Origin: an uncultured delta proteobacterium
Lineage (GTDB): Bacteria; Myxococcota_A; Polyangia; Fen-1088
DNA length: 64,000 bases
Reading direction: 5' to 3'
Assembly: GCA_963796685.1 (NCBI GenBank)
Contig: CAWCMR010000014.1
Location: 32,001-96,000, forward strand
In this document: one piece after another, positions 44,722 through 55,573 of the stretch
How the letters are laid out: every line of letters begins with the position of its first letter
Numbering within the stretch: position 1 is the first letter of the stretch
Translations under genes and position numbers: made by a program
Notes under the pieces: model-generated
Database searches by the model: none
Told to the model about the DNA's origin: nothing
The model's input: the letters and a program-made list of their open reading frames with translations, nothing else

Positions 44722-46468
44722 ATGGGGTCAGGTAAGCCAACAGAGGACAAGGTTTTGAGCAGTGCCGCCGCGGTGCTCGGCATCAAATCGGGCGACGAGG
44801 TGACCAAGCTCGATCGCAAGGGGCTCTCGGGCTTTACGCAGAAGCAGCTCTTCGAGTGCGCCAAGCGCCTGCAACTAAAGGGCGTTTCCAAGCTCAGCAA
44901 GGACGAGCTTTCGGCCCGCATCGCCGGTGATTTCGCCGCCCGCCGGGCCTCCGCAGCCGAGGAGACCGCTGCCACGAAAGCGAAGACGACGCCGGCCGAG
45001 GGCGAGCTCCCCCGCGGCGGTGGAGGATGCACCCGCGGCCGCCGGTGATGGGGCCGACTCGGCATGGTCCCACAAGTTCGAGGTGCGCGAGCACGCCAAG
45101 GACGATTCGCCAGGGACCATTCCCTGGTCCTACGCCTACGATCGCGTGACCGGCATGGCCGTGGATCCCGATCGTCTGTTCGTGTACTGGGAGGTCACGG
45201 ACGACGCCATCGAACGGGCCCGAACCAGTCTGGGCAAGGGTGGAAGGGACGCATGGCTGAACCTGCGCATCTACGACACCACCGATCGCATTTTCGATGG
45301 CACCAACGCCCATTCCTACTTCGACCACCGTGTCGAGCGCGGCGACCGGCACTGGTTCTTCCACATCGGCAAGCCATCCTCGTCGGCCTTCATCGACATC
45401 GGCCTGAAGTCGAACGAGGGCTTCTTCGCCAAGATCGTGCGTTCGGGACGCGTCGAATTTTCGCGCCATGAGCCGGCCGCATGGGTCGAGCCCGAATGGC
45501 TCAGCGTGCGTTCGATGATGGGGCCGATCGAACACGCCGGACGCGGCCCGCACATGCGTAAACAGGCGCCCGGCCTTGCCGCGGCCTCGCCTGGAATTCC
45601 AAGCCCGGCGCCGCGCCGACACGTCGCGCTCTTGCCGTGGGAAGAGTCCTTCATCGTTGGCGAGGGGGGCCGCAAGGAGGTCGTCGAGTGGGAAGAGCAC
45701 ATGATTGACGGCACCACCGAGTTCCACCGCGAAACGGCCTGGGAAAGTCCGGTCATGGTGTCGGCTTGGGAGGCGGGCCCTTTCAGCTTTCCGGTGGCGG
45801 CGCCCGAGCCGGTGCGTGAAGACTTCGTCGGGCCATCGCGGGTCTACCGCGTCGGCGGGCAGACGCACGTGGTGCATGGACCTTGGCAGGTCGTGATCAA
45901 GGGGGTCGGGGCTCGTCAGGGCCGCAGCGTCGTCGCACGCTGGGAGATCTACCGTTCGTGGATCGCCGAGGATACGGCCGAGTTACCTAGCGGTGGGACG
46001 AGGGAGTACGCGATTCCCGGTAGCTCCGAGAAATTGCTGGTGGGCGCGAGCGAGCGCCGTTGGCGTTACGCCAGCGAAATGCGCCTGGGCGGTGCCTCCG
46101 AGGTCTTCTTTCTGGGCGCGAGCGAGTACAAGGCACGCGGGGCCAGCGAGCGCTTCTTCATGGGGGCCAGCCAATACAAGATGCGGGGCGCGAGCGAGCG
46201 CCAATACATGGGCGGAAGCGAGGTGCGCATGCGCGGGGCCAGCGAGAGGATGCTTGGCGGGGCCAGTGAAGTACGCATGGGCGGGGCCAGCGAGAGGATG
46301 CTCGGCGGCGGCAGCGAGGCGCGTCTCGGCGGGGCCAGCGAAGCGATGCTTGGCGGCAGCGAGGGCAGGCTGGCGGCCGGTCAGGCTGAATCGACCCCGC
46401 CCGCGACGAACGGGGGACACTATCCGTCGCCAGAATCGTTCGGCACAGAACCAGAGCACAAGGACTAG
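44722..46468 (+). CDS. DUF4912 protein with Rho-N-like N-terminus and C-terminal GASE repeats; frameshift in the C run near 45010
   Basis: LFECAKRLQLKGVSKLSKDEL; YDRVTGMAVDPDRLFVYWEV...LRIYDTT...FDGTNAHSYFD; deleting one C joins the two ORFs (GELPAAVED). Confidence 0.85.
46019..46375 (+). repeat. 15 tandem coding repeats of about 24 bp (G-A/G/S-S-E-x4)
   Basis: GSSEKLLV GASERRWR YASEMRLG GASEVFFL GASEYKAR GASERFFM GASQYKMR GASERQYM GGSEVRMR GASERMLG GASEVRMG GASERMLG GGSEARLG GASEAML GGSEGRLA. Confidence 0.9.
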
Positions 46469-46473
46469 CCACT

Positions 46474-48060
46474 ATGCCCACCGGATACTTCGCGCTGGTT
46501 TTGCACGCTCACCTTCCCTTTGTCCGCCACCCCGAGGACCCCACGGTCATGGAGGAGCAGTGGCTCTACGAGGCCATCACGGGGACGTATCTGCCGCTCC
46601 TGCAGATGTTCGAAGGGCTGCAAGCGGACCACGTCCCCTACCGGTGCACGGTCTCGCTGTCCGCACCGCTCATGGCGATGCTGACCGACGACCTGCTCAA
46701 GGTGCGTTACGCCGACCACCTGGACGACCTCATTCTGCTGGCCGAGAAAGAGCTCGACCGGACCAAGCACGAGCCGCAATACCATCGCCTGGCCGAGATG
46801 TACCACAACCGCTTTCAGAGCTTGCGCCACACCTGGCGCTGCCATGAAGGCAACCTGGTGGTGGCGTTTCGCAAGCTGCAGGACGCTGGCGGGCTGGAGG
46901 TCATCACCTCGACCGCGACGCACGGATTCTTTCCGCTGCTCGACCGCAACTGGGCGGCCCTGCGTGCCCAGGTTCACGTGGCCGCCGACTTCTACGAAAA
47001 GCACTTCGGCCGCCGGCCGCCGGGCATGTGGCTGGGCGAATGCGGCTACGTGCCGGGCGTGGACGAGCTTCTGCGCGAGGCTGCGGTCCGCTACTTCTTC
47101 GTGGACAGCCATGCCATCCTGTTCGCCGACCGGCCGCCGGTGTACGGCGTGTACGCCCCCATCTACTGCGCCACCGGCGTGGCCGCGTTCGGCCGCGACA
47201 CCGAATCGTCCGAGCAGGTGTGGAGCTCCAAGTTCGGTTACCCGGGCGATCCGCACTACCGCGACTTCTACCGCGATATCGGCTTCGATCTCCCCCTCGA
47301 CTACATCGGTCCGCACATCCATCCCGAAGGGCATCGGATGTACACGGGCTTCAAGTACCACGCCATCACCCACGACCGGTTGCACGACAAGTGGGTCTAC
47401 GATCCGGACGCCGCCCGTGGCAAGGCCGGGCTGCACGCGTCGCACTTCCGCGGCAACATGGAAAAGCAGGCCGAGCGCCTGGCCGCGGGCATGGACAGGC
47501 CGCCCATCATCGTCAGCCCCTACGACGCCGAGCTGTACGGCCACTGGTGGTACGAGGGACCGATCTTCCTGTCCGATCTCTTTCGCCAGCTGCACTTCGA
47601 TCAAAGCGTCGTTCAGCCCATCACGCCCGGGGAATACCTCGACCGACACGCCACCAATCAGCTCGCCACGCCCTGCGCGTCGTCGTGGGGGCTCAAGGGC
47701 TACTGCGAGCAGTGGCTGAACGAGAGCAATGCTTGGACCTGGCGCCACATCCACGCGGCCGGTGAACGCATGGTCGAGCTGGCCCGCGGCCACTGGGGCG
47801 CTTCCAACCCGCTGACGGTGCGCGCCCTCAAGCAGGCGGCTCGCGAGCTGATGTTGCTGCAATCCAGCGACTGGACGTTCATCATGTCCACGGGAACGAC
47901 AGTTCCGTACGCCACCCGCCGATTCAATGAACACGTCATCCGCTTCTCCCGGCTTTACGACGATCTGAAGAAGGGACAGGTGGACGAGAAGTACCTGGCA
48001 TCCGTTGAAGCACAAGACAACATCTTCCCGGACATCGACTACCGGATCTACGCGTCGTAG
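46474..48060 (+). CDS. GH57 1,4-alpha-glucan branching enzyme (DUF1957 C-terminus)
   Basis: LHAHLPFVRH, EAITGTYLPL, ATHGFFPL, WLGECGY, PYDAELYGHWWYEG, LQSSDW. Confidence 0.93.
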   Translation: MPTGYFALVLHAHLPFVRHPEDPTVMEEQWLYEAITGTYLPLLQMFEGLQADHVPYRCTVSLSAPLMAMLTDDLLKVRYADHLDDLILLAEKELDRTKHEPQYHRLAEMYHNRFQSLRHTWRCHEGNLVVAFRKLQDAGGLEVITSTATHGFFPLLDRNWAALRAQVHVAADFYEKHFGRRPPGMWLGECGYVPGVDELLREAAVRYFFVDSHAILFADRPPVYGVYAPIYCATGVAAFGRDTESSEQVWSSKFGYPGDPHYRDFYRDIGFDLPLDYIGPHIHPEGHRMYTGFKYHAITHDRLHDKWVYDPDAARGKAGLHASHFRGNMEKQAERLAAGMDRPPIIVSPYDAELYGHWWYEGPIFLSDLFRQLHFDQSVVQPITPGEYLDRHATNQLATPCASSWGLKGYCEQWLNESNAWTWRHIHAAGERMVELARGHWGASNPLTVRALKQAARELMLLQSSDWTFIMSTGTTVPYATRRFNEHVIRFSRLYDDLKKGQVDEKYLASVEAQDNIFPDIDYRIYAS

Positions 48061-49756
48061 CGGCTCTGCGCGCGGCAAGCGCGCCGAAAACGACACGCGA
48101 AGTAGCCCCAAGTTGAAAGTCGGCAGCAGCTCGGCAGGCGCCAAATCGGGCGTGGAGCCGAGATCCGCTGCCAAGCACGCCTCCGTGGTCCAGTCCGCGT
48201 CGCCCGGGCCAGGTCGGCCGTCCAGCACGGCACCGACGCAGACCGTGGTAGCGCCCGAGCAAGTCGTGGCCGTTCCCGGCGACCGAAGGCTGAAGGTTCT
48301 CTTCGTCGCCTCGGAAGTGGCGCCCTTCCGCAAGACCGGAGGGCTCGCCGACGTGGCCGGAGTGCTACCCCGGAGCTTGCGCCAGCGCGGGATCGACATC
48401 CGGGTGGTCATGCCGCTTTACCAGGGTGTGCAGTGGAGCACGCTCGAACGATTGGATGGAACCCTGTCCGTGCCCATGTATTACGGCAACGCGCGCGCGG
48501 GGCTGCGCATGGGGGTCTTGCCGGGCAGCGACCTGCCCATCTACTTCATCGAATACAACCGATTCTTCGACCGTCCCCACCTCTACGGTCCGCCAGGCCA
48601 GGCCTACACCGACAACCTGGAGCGCTTTTCGTTCTTCTCGCGTGCGGCGCTCGAGATGTGCAAGACCATCGGGTTCATTCCCGACGTGATCCACGCCAAC
48701 GACTGGCAGACCGCGCTGGTTCCCGTGTACGTCAACACGGTCGAGTGGTCGAAGCCGCTGCACGGCGCCGGTACCTTGTTCACGATTCACAACCTGGCCT
48801 ACCAGGGCAACTTCGAGAGCGGGGCCATGTTCATCACCGGGCTCGGGTGGAATCACTACAATCCATTCGAGTTCGAGCACTTCGGCGACATGAATCTGAT
48901 GAAGGCGGCCATCCGCCACGCGAATCTCCTGTCCACGGTCAGCCCCACCTACGCGCGCGAGATCCAGACCCCGGGCTACGGCTTCGGTCTCGACGGCGAG
49001 CTGTCGCTACGCAGCCGCGACTTGCGCGGGGTGCTCAACGGCATCGACACGCACGAATGGGATCCTGCCGCCGATCCCCATATCGCCGCGCCCTTCAGCG
49101 CCGCCGACATCGGCGCCAAGGCCGTGTGCAAGGCCTCCCTGCAGAAACAGCTCGGGCTGGCCGTGCGCCCGGAGGTGCCCGTGTTCGGCGTGGTCGGCCG
49201 CCTCACCCCGCAAAAGGGCTTCGACGTCCTGGCGCACGCCCTGGACAGGATTCTGTCGTGGGATCTGCAGATGGTGTTGCTCGGTAATGGCGACCACGAA
49301 GCCGAGCACTTCTTCTCGCACCTGGCTTCCCGGCGCAGCGACAAGTTCCGGACCTTCATCGGGTTCGACGAAGGCCTGGCGCACAGGATCGAAGCGGGCG
49401 CCGATTTCCTGCTCATGCCTTCGCGCTTCGAGCCCTGCGGGCTCAACCAGATGTACAGCCAGCGCTACGGCACCCTGCCCATCGTGCGCGGAACCGGGGG
49501 TCTGCTCGACACCGTGATGAACTACGATCAGGCGACCGGAAACGGGACGGGGTTCGTTTTCTGGGATCTGACCCCAGGCGCGATCGCCGACACCGTGGGC
49601 TGGGCTCTATCGACCTACTTCGAACGACCGGCCCACATCGAGGCCATGCGCAAGCGGGCCATGGAGCAGGATTTCTCCTGGGATCGCGCCGCCGAGGCCT
49701 ACGAAGGGCTCTACCGCGAGGCCTACCAGATCCGGCGCGGACACGTGTTTCCGTAA
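48005..49756 (+). CDS. glgA: Glycogen synthase
   Basis: SEVAPFRKTGGLADV, HANDWQT, TIHNLAYQG, RLTPQKG, PSRFEPCGLNQ, TGGLLDTV; true start uncertain (low-complexity N-terminal extension). Confidence 0.95.
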   Translation: MKHKTTSSRTSTTGSTRRSGSARGKRAENDTRSSPKLKVGSSSAGAKSGVEPRSAAKHASVVQSASPGPGRPSSTAPTQTVVAPEQVVAVPGDRRLKVLFVASEVAPFRKTGGLADVAGVLPRSLRQRGIDIRVVMPLYQGVQWSTLERLDGTLSVPMYYGNARAGLRMGVLPGSDLPIYFIEYNRFFDRPHLYGPPGQAYTDNLERFSFFSRAALEMCKTIGFIPDVIHANDWQTALVPVYVNTVEWSKPLHGAGTLFTIHNLAYQGNFESGAMFITGLGWNHYNPFEFEHFGDMNLMKAAIRHANLLSTVSPTYAREIQTPGYGFGLDGELSLRSRDLRGVLNGIDTHEWDPAADPHIAAPFSAADIGAKAVCKASLQKQLGLAVRPEVPVFGVVGRLTPQKGFDVLAHALDRILSWDLQMVLLGNGDHEAEHFFSHLASRRSDKFRTFIGFDEGLAHRIEAGADFLLMPSRFEPCGLNQMYSQRYGTLPIVRGTGGLLDTVMNYDQATGNGTGFVFWDLTPGAIADTVGWALSTYFERPAHIEAMRKRAMEQDFSWDRAAEAYEGLYREAYQIRRGHVFP

Positions 49757-49938
49757 CCGGCTTCGGCCGTTCAGCAGACGTCGGCTGCGATGGTCGCGCG
49801 TCTTCGAAAGGCCCGGCGAAGCCGGGCCACCGTCTTCACCCAACGGGTGACGGCTTTGTCGCATCAAAGGGCAAGCACCACGGCCGGACTGCGCTCCCGG
49901 TTGTGCCGGCGCGGGGGATGGAGGAAGATCGGCCCGCC

Positions 49939-51621
49939 ATGAGCACGTCGGATCCGGTCCCCCGCTTGCGCACCCGCTGGGGTGCACGAGCCTTGCTGCT
50001 TGCGGCTGTGGTGGCTGGGGCTGCCACGGTGACCTGGCAGCTCTGGGAACAGGATGCCTTCTGGCAGGTCCGCGCAGGGCACGAGCTGTGGGCAACCTGG
50101 CGGTGGCCCACCACGGATACCTGGTCCTACACCTCGGCGGGCGGGTCGTGGCGCAACTTCCAGTGGCTGTCCACCCTGATCATGGCCGCCGCAGACCGCT
50201 TGGGTGGCGTCGCAGGCCTGGTCTTGCTTCGCGCTGCCCTCGTCGCGGCAATCTTGGGCGTGGTCCTGTGGCTCTGTCGCCGTCGGGGTGCGTCGGCCCT
50301 GCAGGCTGTCGCCTTGGCCGGTTTGCTTTGGCTGGCCTGTGCCCGTCGGTTTCAGGTGCGTAGCGACCTCTTCGTGACGCTGGTGTTCGCCGTCGTGTTG
50401 GCGACGGCGGAGACGGTCTGGTCCTGGCGCATTCGCCGAGCAGTGCTGGTCGTCCTCGTCGTTCTAGCCGCGAACCTGCATCCGGGCACCGCACCCTTCG
50501 TGCAGTTGGCGGCCCTGGCGGTGGTGCTTCAGGATGAACACCCCGACCGGCCGTCGCACGGGATCGAGGCGCTCTTTCTGGCCGCGATCCTGCTCGGCTT
50601 GCTGGCGACGCCCTATCACCTGCACGTCCTGCCCTACCTTTGGCGGCACCTCTTCTACGGGGCGTATCAGGCAGTCCCCAACCCCGATCACCGTTCGCTT
50701 GCACTCGCCGATTTTCTGCCGAGCAACGGCGGCCTCGGACCCATGGCCTGGTTGGCCCTGGTGCTCGCCGCCGTCCTCCTCACCCTGGCAAAGATGCGGA
50801 CCGCGGGCCAGGCCGCCCAACGACGCTTGCTCCCCGGGTTTCTCCTGCTCGTGCTTCTGGCCGGGCTCAGCGTGAATCGGGACCGGGTCATGCCCTATGC
50901 GGCCACGGTCGCGGCGGTCTCCCTCGCAGGCCGCCTCCCCGCCGGGGGAGCTGCGCGCTGGCGCGGTGCCCTCGCTGCCCTGGCGGCCGCCCTCATCTGG
51001 CTGGTGGCCGTTCCGCTGTGGCTTTCCCGGCCCGAGATCCGCTTCGGCTTTGGCCCGAACCCTCACCTGCATCCGGTGGGCGCCGCGCGCTTCCTCGCCG
51101 CGCAACGGCCCGAGCGCGAGATCCTGCATTTTCAGGGCGACGGCAATTATCTCCTGCAGGCGCTGCCCGACTATCGGGTGTTCCTCGACACGCGCGAGAG
51201 CATGTACGAGCCTCTGCAACGGGTGTACCGGGACATGGTCAACGACCCGGTTCTGATGGCTGCGGTCATGGCCCGATACCACGTCAGTACCGTGCTCGTG
51301 CCCGAGGCCTTTCTGCTCACCCCTTGGCAGGATCGGGTCTCCCGGCGCGCGGCGTTCTTTCCCAAGCGCGACTTCGCGCTGGTCTACTTTGACGAAGACT
51401 ACGCCGTGTTGGTGCGACGAATCCCCGCGCACGAGCGGCTCATCGCCGCCCACGAGTACGAGCTCCTCCTTCCCTATCGCGATCCGCGAGCCTATCTGTC
51501 GACGCAGGACCGGACGCCGGAGCGTGACCGCGCCTTTCACGCCGAGGTCGAGCGCTGCCTCCGCGAGGTGCCGGGCTTCTCGTACTGCCAGCAGGCGAAG
51601 GCCGCGCTGGCCGGCCGGTAA
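49939..51621 (+). CDS. Polytopic membrane protein, GT-C-like, function unknown
   Basis: DAFWQVRAG...PTTDTWSYT...WRNFQWL periplasmic loop, ANLH motif, many TMs, soluble tail GNYLL...VFLDTR. Confidence 0.7.
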   Translation: MSTSDPVPRLRTRWGARALLLAAVVAGAATVTWQLWEQDAFWQVRAGHELWATWRWPTTDTWSYTSAGGSWRNFQWLSTLIMAAADRLGGVAGLVLLRAALVAAILGVVLWLCRRRGASALQAVALAGLLWLACARRFQVRSDLFVTLVFAVVLATAETVWSWRIRRAVLVVLVVLAANLHPGTAPFVQLAALAVVLQDEHPDRPSHGIEALFLAAILLGLLATPYHLHVLPYLWRHLFYGAYQAVPNPDHRSLALADFLPSNGGLGPMAWLALVLAAVLLTLAKMRTAGQAAQRRLLPGFLLLVLLAGLSVNRDRVMPYAATVAAVSLAGRLPAGGAARWRGALAALAAALIWLVAVPLWLSRPEIRFGFGPNPHLHPVGAARFLAAQRPEREILHFQGDGNYLLQALPDYRVFLDTRESMYEPLQRVYRDMVNDPVLMAAVMARYHVSTVLVPEAFLLTPWQDRVSRRAAFFPKRDFALVYFDEDYAVLVRRIPAHERLIAAHEYELLLPYRDPRAYLSTQDRTPERDRAFHAEVERCLREVPGFSYCQQAKAALAGR

Positions 51622-51671
51622 GGCGGGACGCGGACTGCGGCCGAGGCGGCGAGAGGTCTATACTGCGCGGG

Positions 51672-53431
51672 ATGATCCTGCGCGAGATGATGCTGCGCTA
51701 CCTGACCGTGCTCGGCGAGGCTTGGCCCTGGGTGCTCCTGGGAGCGCTGGCCAGCGCCGTTCTCGCCATTCCGCGCGTCTGGCGAGCCGTCGATCGCATG
51801 TCCTCCACGACCGAGCGGTGGTTTCTGGTCGCCCTGGTGCTCTTCTCGGTGGTCTTGGCGGCGCGCATGGCGTGGGTCTGCGACGACGCCTTCATCTCGT
51901 TTCGCTACGCCGCCAACCTGGCCCACGGTCGAGGGTTGGTCTTCAACCCGGGCGAGCGGGTCGAGGGCTACACGGACTTTCTGTGGGTCGTGCTCCTGGC
52001 CGGCGCCATCCGCATCGGTCTTGATCCGGTGCAGGTCTCGGTGGTGATGGGCCTTTGCGCCCTGGCGGGAACCTTGCTGGGCGTGGCCAGGCTGCGGTCA
52101 CGGCTCTTGCACGAGGCGGAGCTGGCGCGATTTCCGCTTGCGGTGGTGGCCCTGGCCTTGCACCAGACCTTCGTGGCCTTTGGAACCTCCGGCCTCGAGA
52201 CCATGCTGGCGACCTGCTGTGCCCTGTGGGCCGTCGAGCGCGCGGTCGCGGGTGCCCCCTTGTCGAGCAGCCTTGCCGGCGTGCTGGCCGTGATGGCCAC
52301 CCTGATCACGCCTTGCTCTGGTTGGCGCTCGGGATCGCCCTCGCGCTGGAGCCGGGGCGAAGGCGAAACCTCCTCTCCTATCTGCTTCCGCTCGTCGTGG
52401 TGTATCTGCCTTACTTCGTGGCTCGCTTCGTCTACTTCGGGCGCGCCTTCCCCAACACCTATGACGCCAAGGCGGGAGGCGGCTTTTATCTCTCTCAGGG
52501 GGCCCTCTACTGGGCGGCCTGGCTGATCGGCGGCGGGGTCTGGGCGTTGCTGCCGGCGATCGCGGTCGGGCTTTGGCGGGTCCGCGCCACTCTGCTCGGG
52601 CGCTACGCGCTGCTGGCGGTCGTGCTCATGGTGGCTTACGTAACCAAGATCGGCGGCGACTACATGCTCGGACGCCTCGTCGTCGCCATCCTTCCCGTGC
52701 TCTTCCTGATGGCCGAGCTCGGGCTGCGGGCCTGGACGAGGCACGGCGCCCTTGCCATCGGATTTGGTTGCTTGGCCTTCGCGATCGCGTCGCTACCCAC
52801 CACCCTCGTTCGACCGCGCGCCATCGAGTGGAATCTCGCGGACGAACGCACGCACACGCCTCTCGTCTCGTTCTCGCCCGTGCGCATCGGATCGAACATG
52901 TTCGATCGCGCCAAGCTCTTCGAGCAGCACTTCACGAAGGCCGGTCTCCGACCCATCCTGGCCGACTTCGAGATCGGCATGATGGGCTACTACACCGACC
53001 TCGAGCTCATCGACATTCACGGCCTGACCGACCGCCACGTGGCTCGCCAGGCGCTCTTGCGGCGCGGGCGCCCCGGGCACGAGCACGTCGCGGATGTCGA
53101 CTACCTGCGCGCGCGAGGCGTCGCCCTGGCCCGCATTCCCCTGTGGCTTGGTCGCTACAAGCCGGCGACGCGAATCCTCTTTCCCGATGGATCCATCTAC
53201 TACTTCGGCACCTGGCGTCCCGACCTGGCCCAGGCGCTTCGCGGGATTCCGGGCGTGCGCTTCACGGACGCCCCGACGTTCATCGACTCGTACCTGGACA
53301 AGGGCAACCAGATCGCGAGCGATGAGGTCAAGCAGGATCTGCGTGACTTCTTCGAACCCTACTACTTCGCGGGCAACGTCAATCCAATGCGGCGGGCACG
53401 CTTCGAGAGCGCCATTCGAGGCGGTCGCTGA
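51672..53431 (+). CDS. AftB-like GT-C membrane glycosyltransferase, frameshifted near 52297
   Basis: CDDAFISFRYAANLAHGRGLVFNPGERVEGYT, TSGLET; second frame PNTYDAK, GGDYM, ID.HGLTD..VAR, RPGHE. Confidence 0.8.
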
Positions 53432-53638
53432 ATAGGCCGATACCACGCCCCTTTGGTACCAAGGACATAGGACAGGGCACGTTGGCAGGTTCTGCACCAT
53501 ACATGAAGGGTCCCTATCGCGTCGCCCGCGGCGAGGTCGTGAGCCGATTCACGGCGCTCGCGGACACTCTAGACTAGCACCTTGTTAGTCCCGGCCGGGA
53601 GCCCCCCCGGACGACCACGCGCCCCACGGAGGTATTCG

Positions 53639-55561
53639 ATGAGGTCACTTTCACTGAAGTCATTGGGACATGTCGCGGCCGTCTTGGCGGCGACATACAC
53701 GGGCGCCGCCTGCAACAACCAGGCAGGGGGCTCCACGAACGCGGGCTTCGGTGGAAAACCGGGATCGGGAGGGGCCGGCTCGGGTGGTACGTCAAACGGC
53801 GGCTCGGGCGGCGTCTCGAACGGCGGCTCGGGCGGCGTCACGAGCGGTGGTTCGGGCGGCGTCTCGAGTGGTGGTTCGGGCGGCACCGTGTCGATTGGCG
53901 CAGGTGGCACCGCGGTCGGCGGGGCGGGTGGCGGCACGGGTGGAAAGACCGGCACCGGCGGGGTGTCGAGCGGCACCGGCGGCACTGCGACTGGCGGCGT
54001 GCAAGGCACGGGCGGAACCACGAAGCCCGGCAGCGGTGGGAGCATGACCGCCCAGGGCGGCTCGGCCGGCGCCACTTCGGTGCCTCCTCCAAATGAAGAC
54101 TTCACGGACAAGGTAGGCAGTGCGTCTGTTGACATGGTCTACATACCGGGCGGCACATTTACCTTAGGGTGCGAAACCAGCACCTGCGATCAGTACACAA
54201 ACCCCGTTCAGAACATCACGGTCAGCGACTATCACATCATGAAAGCCCAGGTGCCCAAAGGTGTGTGGACTGCCGTGGGCCTTACGGAAGGCACCTGGTA
54301 TGACTGCATGTCAGTCGCTTGCGAGCTGACCAAGCAGACAGGTCATGCGTATCGGATGATGACCGAGGCCGAGTTCGAATACGCGGCGAAGAACTACCTG
54401 GACAAGTTGAGCCAAATAGACGGCAGCGAAGAATGGGCGTTCAACTCCTGGGAAGACAACTATTCGTGCAAGCCGGGCGACGTTGATCCCTTGGGGCCCA
54501 ATCCCGCAGCGCACACACAGAAGACGCGGCGCGACGCGGCGAACGGCGACCACATAACCGGGCGACTCATCCGTTCAATCGACGGCATAGGCCCCTTTTG
54601 TCGCTTGACCATCTCGGATAAGACGACATACCCGCCGGGCTATGTTGCGCCATGCGATATTCATGAACCGGTGCAGAGCGGCGAACCAGAGAATTCGTAC
54701 CGCGACCCGCGGTGGGTTACAGGCAGCGATAACAAGTGGACGACGGGCTCGACAGCGATAGGCAAGTTCGATCTCCAGACTTGGGACGATGGTACCGCGA
54801 TCATGAATGGCAAGAACGGTCAGTGGTTCACATCAAACAACATTGCCTTCGTGTTTGTTCCGAGCTCGGGTGCCAGCGTGAAATACCCGTATATGTTCCT
54901 CGATAACACCCAAGGTTCGGTTATTTCCGATGCAGGTTTCATGAATGGTTTCATCGGGAGATTCCAGATTACGTCGACGGCCAGTAGTACCACCAAACCG
55001 ACCATAGCCAACCTGAAGAGCGGCGCGGAGTTGGCCGCGGCAGCGGGGCCTGATTACAAGATGGTCGACATGGTCAACATCCCGGATTCGGCCAAAGCAC
55101 AGGATCCGCGGCTGATTGACACCACCAGCGATTGTTGGTTCCAGAACAACATAAACGCTGGCGGTACGCACAACTACAGACAAGACATAGATGCTGACGA
55201 ATTCCGGTTCGCCGTTATTGATAAGGGGCAAATTACCATGCTCGCCAACGGCAAGTGGTGGACAGTCAACAATACGTTCCTGCACATAGAGCACTCGGAC
55301 GGATATGTGGCCGAATATCTCTACGCCTTGACCTCGGACGGGTACTACTTTCATGACTCGTACATGGCGTATGAGCGCGCTGACTTCAGGATGTTCCAGA
55401 AATATGCAAACGACGGCGGCCAATTCCCCTCCACCTGCATCGACAACAGCTGCAGCAGCGAGCTCCCCAAGGGAGTAGCTTCTTCGATGTATTCCAAAAT
55501 GGGGGACACCGGAAAATCGACGTTTACACCGGCACCGTGCCCGGCGGACGGTTGCAAGTAG
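53639..55561 (+). CDS. Lipoprotein: Gly-rich linker, FGE-sulfatase-like domain, duplicated C-terminal beta domain
   Basis: GGAGGT RBS, lipobox-like GAAC, DMVYIPGGTFTLG, YRMMTEAEFEYAA. Confidence 0.75.
   Translation: MRSLSLKSLGHVAAVLAATYTGAACNNQAGGSTNAGFGGKPGSGGAGSGGTSNGGSGGVSNGGSGGVTSGGSGGVSSGGSGGTVSIGAGGTAVGGAGGGTGGKTGTGGVSSGTGGTATGGVQGTGGTTKPGSGGSMTAQGGSAGATSVPPPNEDFTDKVGSASVDMVYIPGGTFTLGCETSTCDQYTNPVQNITVSDYHIMKAQVPKGVWTAVGLTEGTWYDCMSVACELTKQTGHAYRMMTEAEFEYAAKNYLDKLSQIDGSEEWAFNSWEDNYSCKPGDVDPLGPNPAAHTQKTRRDAANGDHITGRLIRSIDGIGPFCRLTISDKTTYPPGYVAPCDIHEPVQSGEPENSYRDPRWVTGSDNKWTTGSTAIGKFDLQTWDDGTAIMNGKNGQWFTSNNIAFVFVPSSGASVKYPYMFLDNTQGSVISDAGFMNGFIGRFQITSTASSTTKPTIANLKSGAELAAAAGPDYKMVDMVNIPDSAKAQDPRLIDTTSDCWFQNNINAGGTHNYRQDIDADEFRFAVIDKGQITMLANGKWWTVNNTFLHIEHSDGYVAEYLYALTSDGYYFHDSYMAYERADFRMFQKYANDGGQFPSTCIDNSCSSELPKGVASSMYSKMGDTGKSTFTPAPCPADGCK
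53798..53893 (+). repeat. Four 24-bp coding tandem repeats (GGSGGxxx)
   Basis: ggcggctcgggcggcgtctcgaac-like units encoding GGSGGVSN, GGSGGVTS, GGSGGVSS and GGSGGTVS. Confidence 0.8.
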
Positions 55562-55573
55562 ACGACTCTTCGT

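Noticed and set aside
45005-45015. Programmed ribosomal frameshift in the DUF4912 gene
   Set aside because: No X-XXY-YYZ slippery heptamer; a C-run indel among many similar indels is better explained as a sequencing error
46019-46375. Possible CRISPR array or RiPP precursor in the 24-bp periodic region
   Set aside because: The period is too short, DNA identity is low and synonymous variation shows it is coding; there are no cas genes or ATP-grasp/YcaO-type maturase nearby
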